DNA of 64,000 bases from Felis catus (lineage: Eukaryota). The DNA is taken from contig NC_058368.1 in assembly GCF_018350175.1 (NCBI RefSeq), positions 26,290,001 through 26,354,000 of the forward strand. The letters run 5' to 3'. A model generated the notes under the pieces. The model saw only the letters and a list, made by a program, of their open reading frames with translations, was not told the DNA's origin and did no database searches. This document shows positions 62,264 to 64,000 of the stretch, one piece after another; positions within the stretch are counted from its first letter, which is position 1, and the number at the start of each line of letters is the position of its first letter. A program made the translations under genes and the position numbers.

Positions 62264-62465
62264 TAATGTTTATTTTTGAGAGACAGAGAGAGAGAGACAG
62301 CATGAGACTGAGCGGGGGAGGGGCAGAGAGAAAGGGGGACAGAGGATAGGAAGCGGGCTCTGGGCCCACAGCAGCGAGCCCAGTGCGGGACCCAAGTCAG
62401 GAACTGTGCCATCATGACCTGAGCCCAAGTTGGACGCTCTACTGACTGAGCCACTCAGGCACCCC
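62264..62465 (-). mobile_element. CAN-SINE inserted in the tail of an L1 fragment
   Basis: TSD TCAATTTTAATTTTTT. Confidence 0.93.
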
Positions 62466-62780
62466 TCAATTTTAATTTTTTAATTGAAGTATAAGTGACA
62501 TTCGAAATCCTATTTGTTTCAGGTGTACAGCATAGTGATTTGATATTTTTATACCTTGTGAAATGATCTCAGTGATAAGTCTAGTTACCATCTGTCACCA
62601 CACAAAGTTACTACAATGTTATGACTGTATTCCCTATGCTGCACCTTACAACCCCATGACTTATTTTCTAACTGCAACTGCCTACCTCTTAATCCCCTTC
62701 ATCGATTTTGACCTGCCCCCGCCCCCAATTTCTCCTCTTTCTGGTAACCAACAGTTTGTTTCTTGTATCTATGAGTCTGT
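62466..62780 (-). mobile_element. Short younger L1 3'-end insertion nested in the old L1
   Basis: TTTCAGGTGTACAGCATAGTGATTTGATATT...CTAGTTACCATCTGTCACCA; flanking repeat TAAACATTTA. Confidence 0.85.
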
Positions 62781-63553
62781 CAACAGTAAACATTTATTTA
62801 TCTCTTAGAAGAAATTGTTAGGGAACATTTTTTTTTTTTTTTTGTATTTAACCACCTAGTTACCATTTCTGATGCTCTTCATTGTTTTCTGTAGATTTAG
62901 ATTGCAAGCTGGTATCATTTTCCTTCTGTAAGAACTTGCTCTAGAATTTCTTACAGTGTAGGGTGTGCCCGTGATGAATACTCCCAGCATTTGTATGTGT
63001 GAAAAAAGAATGAATTTCACCTTTATTTTTGACAGATATTTTCACTGGGCATAGAATTGTAGGTTGACATGTTTTTAAATTTTTTCTTTTAGCACTTTAA
63101 AGATATTGCTGCACTGCCTTCTGTCTAGTGTTGTTTCCAACGTGAAGTCGGCTACATTATCTTTGTTGCTTTGTGTATAATCTCTTTATTTTCTTGGGCT
63201 GCTCTTAAATTTTCTCATTTTCACTGGTTTTAAGCCATCTGAATATGACACACCTTTATTGTAGTGTTCTTCACGATTCTCTTGCTTGAGGCTTAGTTTC
63301 TTGGATCTGCGGATTTATTGTTTAATAAGATTTGGGGCAAATTGCCATTATTTCTTCAAATATTTTTCCTCTCTCCCTTTTCTCTTCTTTAGAGACTTTA
63401 CTAAAGATACATTTGGTTGCTTGAAATTGCCCCACAGTACAATGACGCTTTTTTCTTTTTTTTTTTTTGTTCTATTTTTTTTTTCAGTTTTTCCCCCTCC
63501 CTGTGTTTTACTTTAGTTTCTTTTTAAAACAAAACAAAACAAAACAAAACAAT

Positions 63554-63746
63554 GTTTTTTTTTTTTTTTTTTTTTTTGTGAGAGAGACAGAGAGGGAGTG
63601 CGAGCATGAGCAGGGGGTGGGGGGAAGCGAGAGAAGGAGAAAGATAATCCCAAGCAGGCTCCACACTATCTCACAAATACCAACAGATCATGGCTTGAAC
63701 GAAATCAAGAGCTGACACTTAACCGACTGAGTCACCCAGGCGCCCC
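63554..63746 (-). mobile_element. CAN-SINE
   Basis: Poly-T, GA-rich block, antisense head GAGTCACCCAGGCGCCCC. Confidence 0.92.
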
Positions 63747-64000
63747 TATTTTGGATAGTTTCTATTGCAAATGTATCACTAATGTTTCTTCCACTCTTTC
63801 TAATTTACTGTGAATCCCATGCAGTGTATTTTTCTTCTCAAACATATTTTTCATTTTCAGAAATGTATTTCTCTATAACTTCCATACCTCTACTTAATAT
63901 GCTAATTTTCCCTCTACCTTCTTGAACATATAAAGTATGGTTATAATAATTGTTTTAATATCCTTGTCTACAAATTATATCATCTTTGTCATATCTGGGT

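Larger units (their letters stand above)
57505..64000 (-). mobile_element. Long old LINE-1 (L1MC/MD-like), extends past the window end, with nested SINEs and L1
   Basis: Continuous antisense 3' UTR, ORF2 and ORF1-side sequence (e.g. LNIASHIRNKRSISRICKEL; GTTGAATAGGAGTGATGAGAGTGGACATGCCTTG). Confidence 0.9.

Noticed and set aside
1439..63746. tRNA-like A/B boxes
   Set aside because: All belong to tRNA-derived CAN-SINE or MIR heads; no complete cloverleaf tRNA gene seen
1..64000. CRISPR array, operon or other prokaryote-type system; NUMT; endogenous viral coding sequence
   Set aside because: Mammalian repeat-rich DNA; no regularly spaced repeat-spacer array and no recognisable mitochondrial or gag/pol/env sequence

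Overview
Mammalian genomic DNA from a felid, most likely domestic cat or a close relative, judged from ~37 tRNA-derived CAN-SINEs including a near-consensus, CpG-intact SINEC_Fc-type subfamily. No protein-coding exon, RNA gene or host gene could be positively identified. The supplied ORFs are chance ORFs or read-throughs of SINEs, L1s and microsatellites; only a few carry recognisable fossil protein (L1 ORF2 pieces, e.g. ~30.7-31.1 kb, and a pogo/Tigger transposase at ~47.8-48.5 kb). The window looks like the interior of a long intron or gene-poor region. Almost all L1s lie on the minus strand, suggesting a + strand host transcript (inference). Content: two large nested L1 blocks (~9.3-19.6 kb and ~57.5-64 kb), further L1 fragments, L2/MIR relics, hAT (MER33, MER5) and Tigger DNA-transposon fossils, one MLT1 solo LTR and microsatellites. 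I found no convincing new biological system. The most notable signals are mechanistic scars (a snap-back plus templated insertion at ~6.0 kb, tailless or 3'-truncated SINE insertions with TSDs, a SINE carrying a 3'-transduced tag, a long-tailed source-like SINE) and candidate regulatory elements (two CTCF motifs, a CRE/octamer cluster and a possible 15-nt microexon at 37-38 kb). Repeat family names come from recalled consensus sequences, and boundaries of old repeats are approximate.
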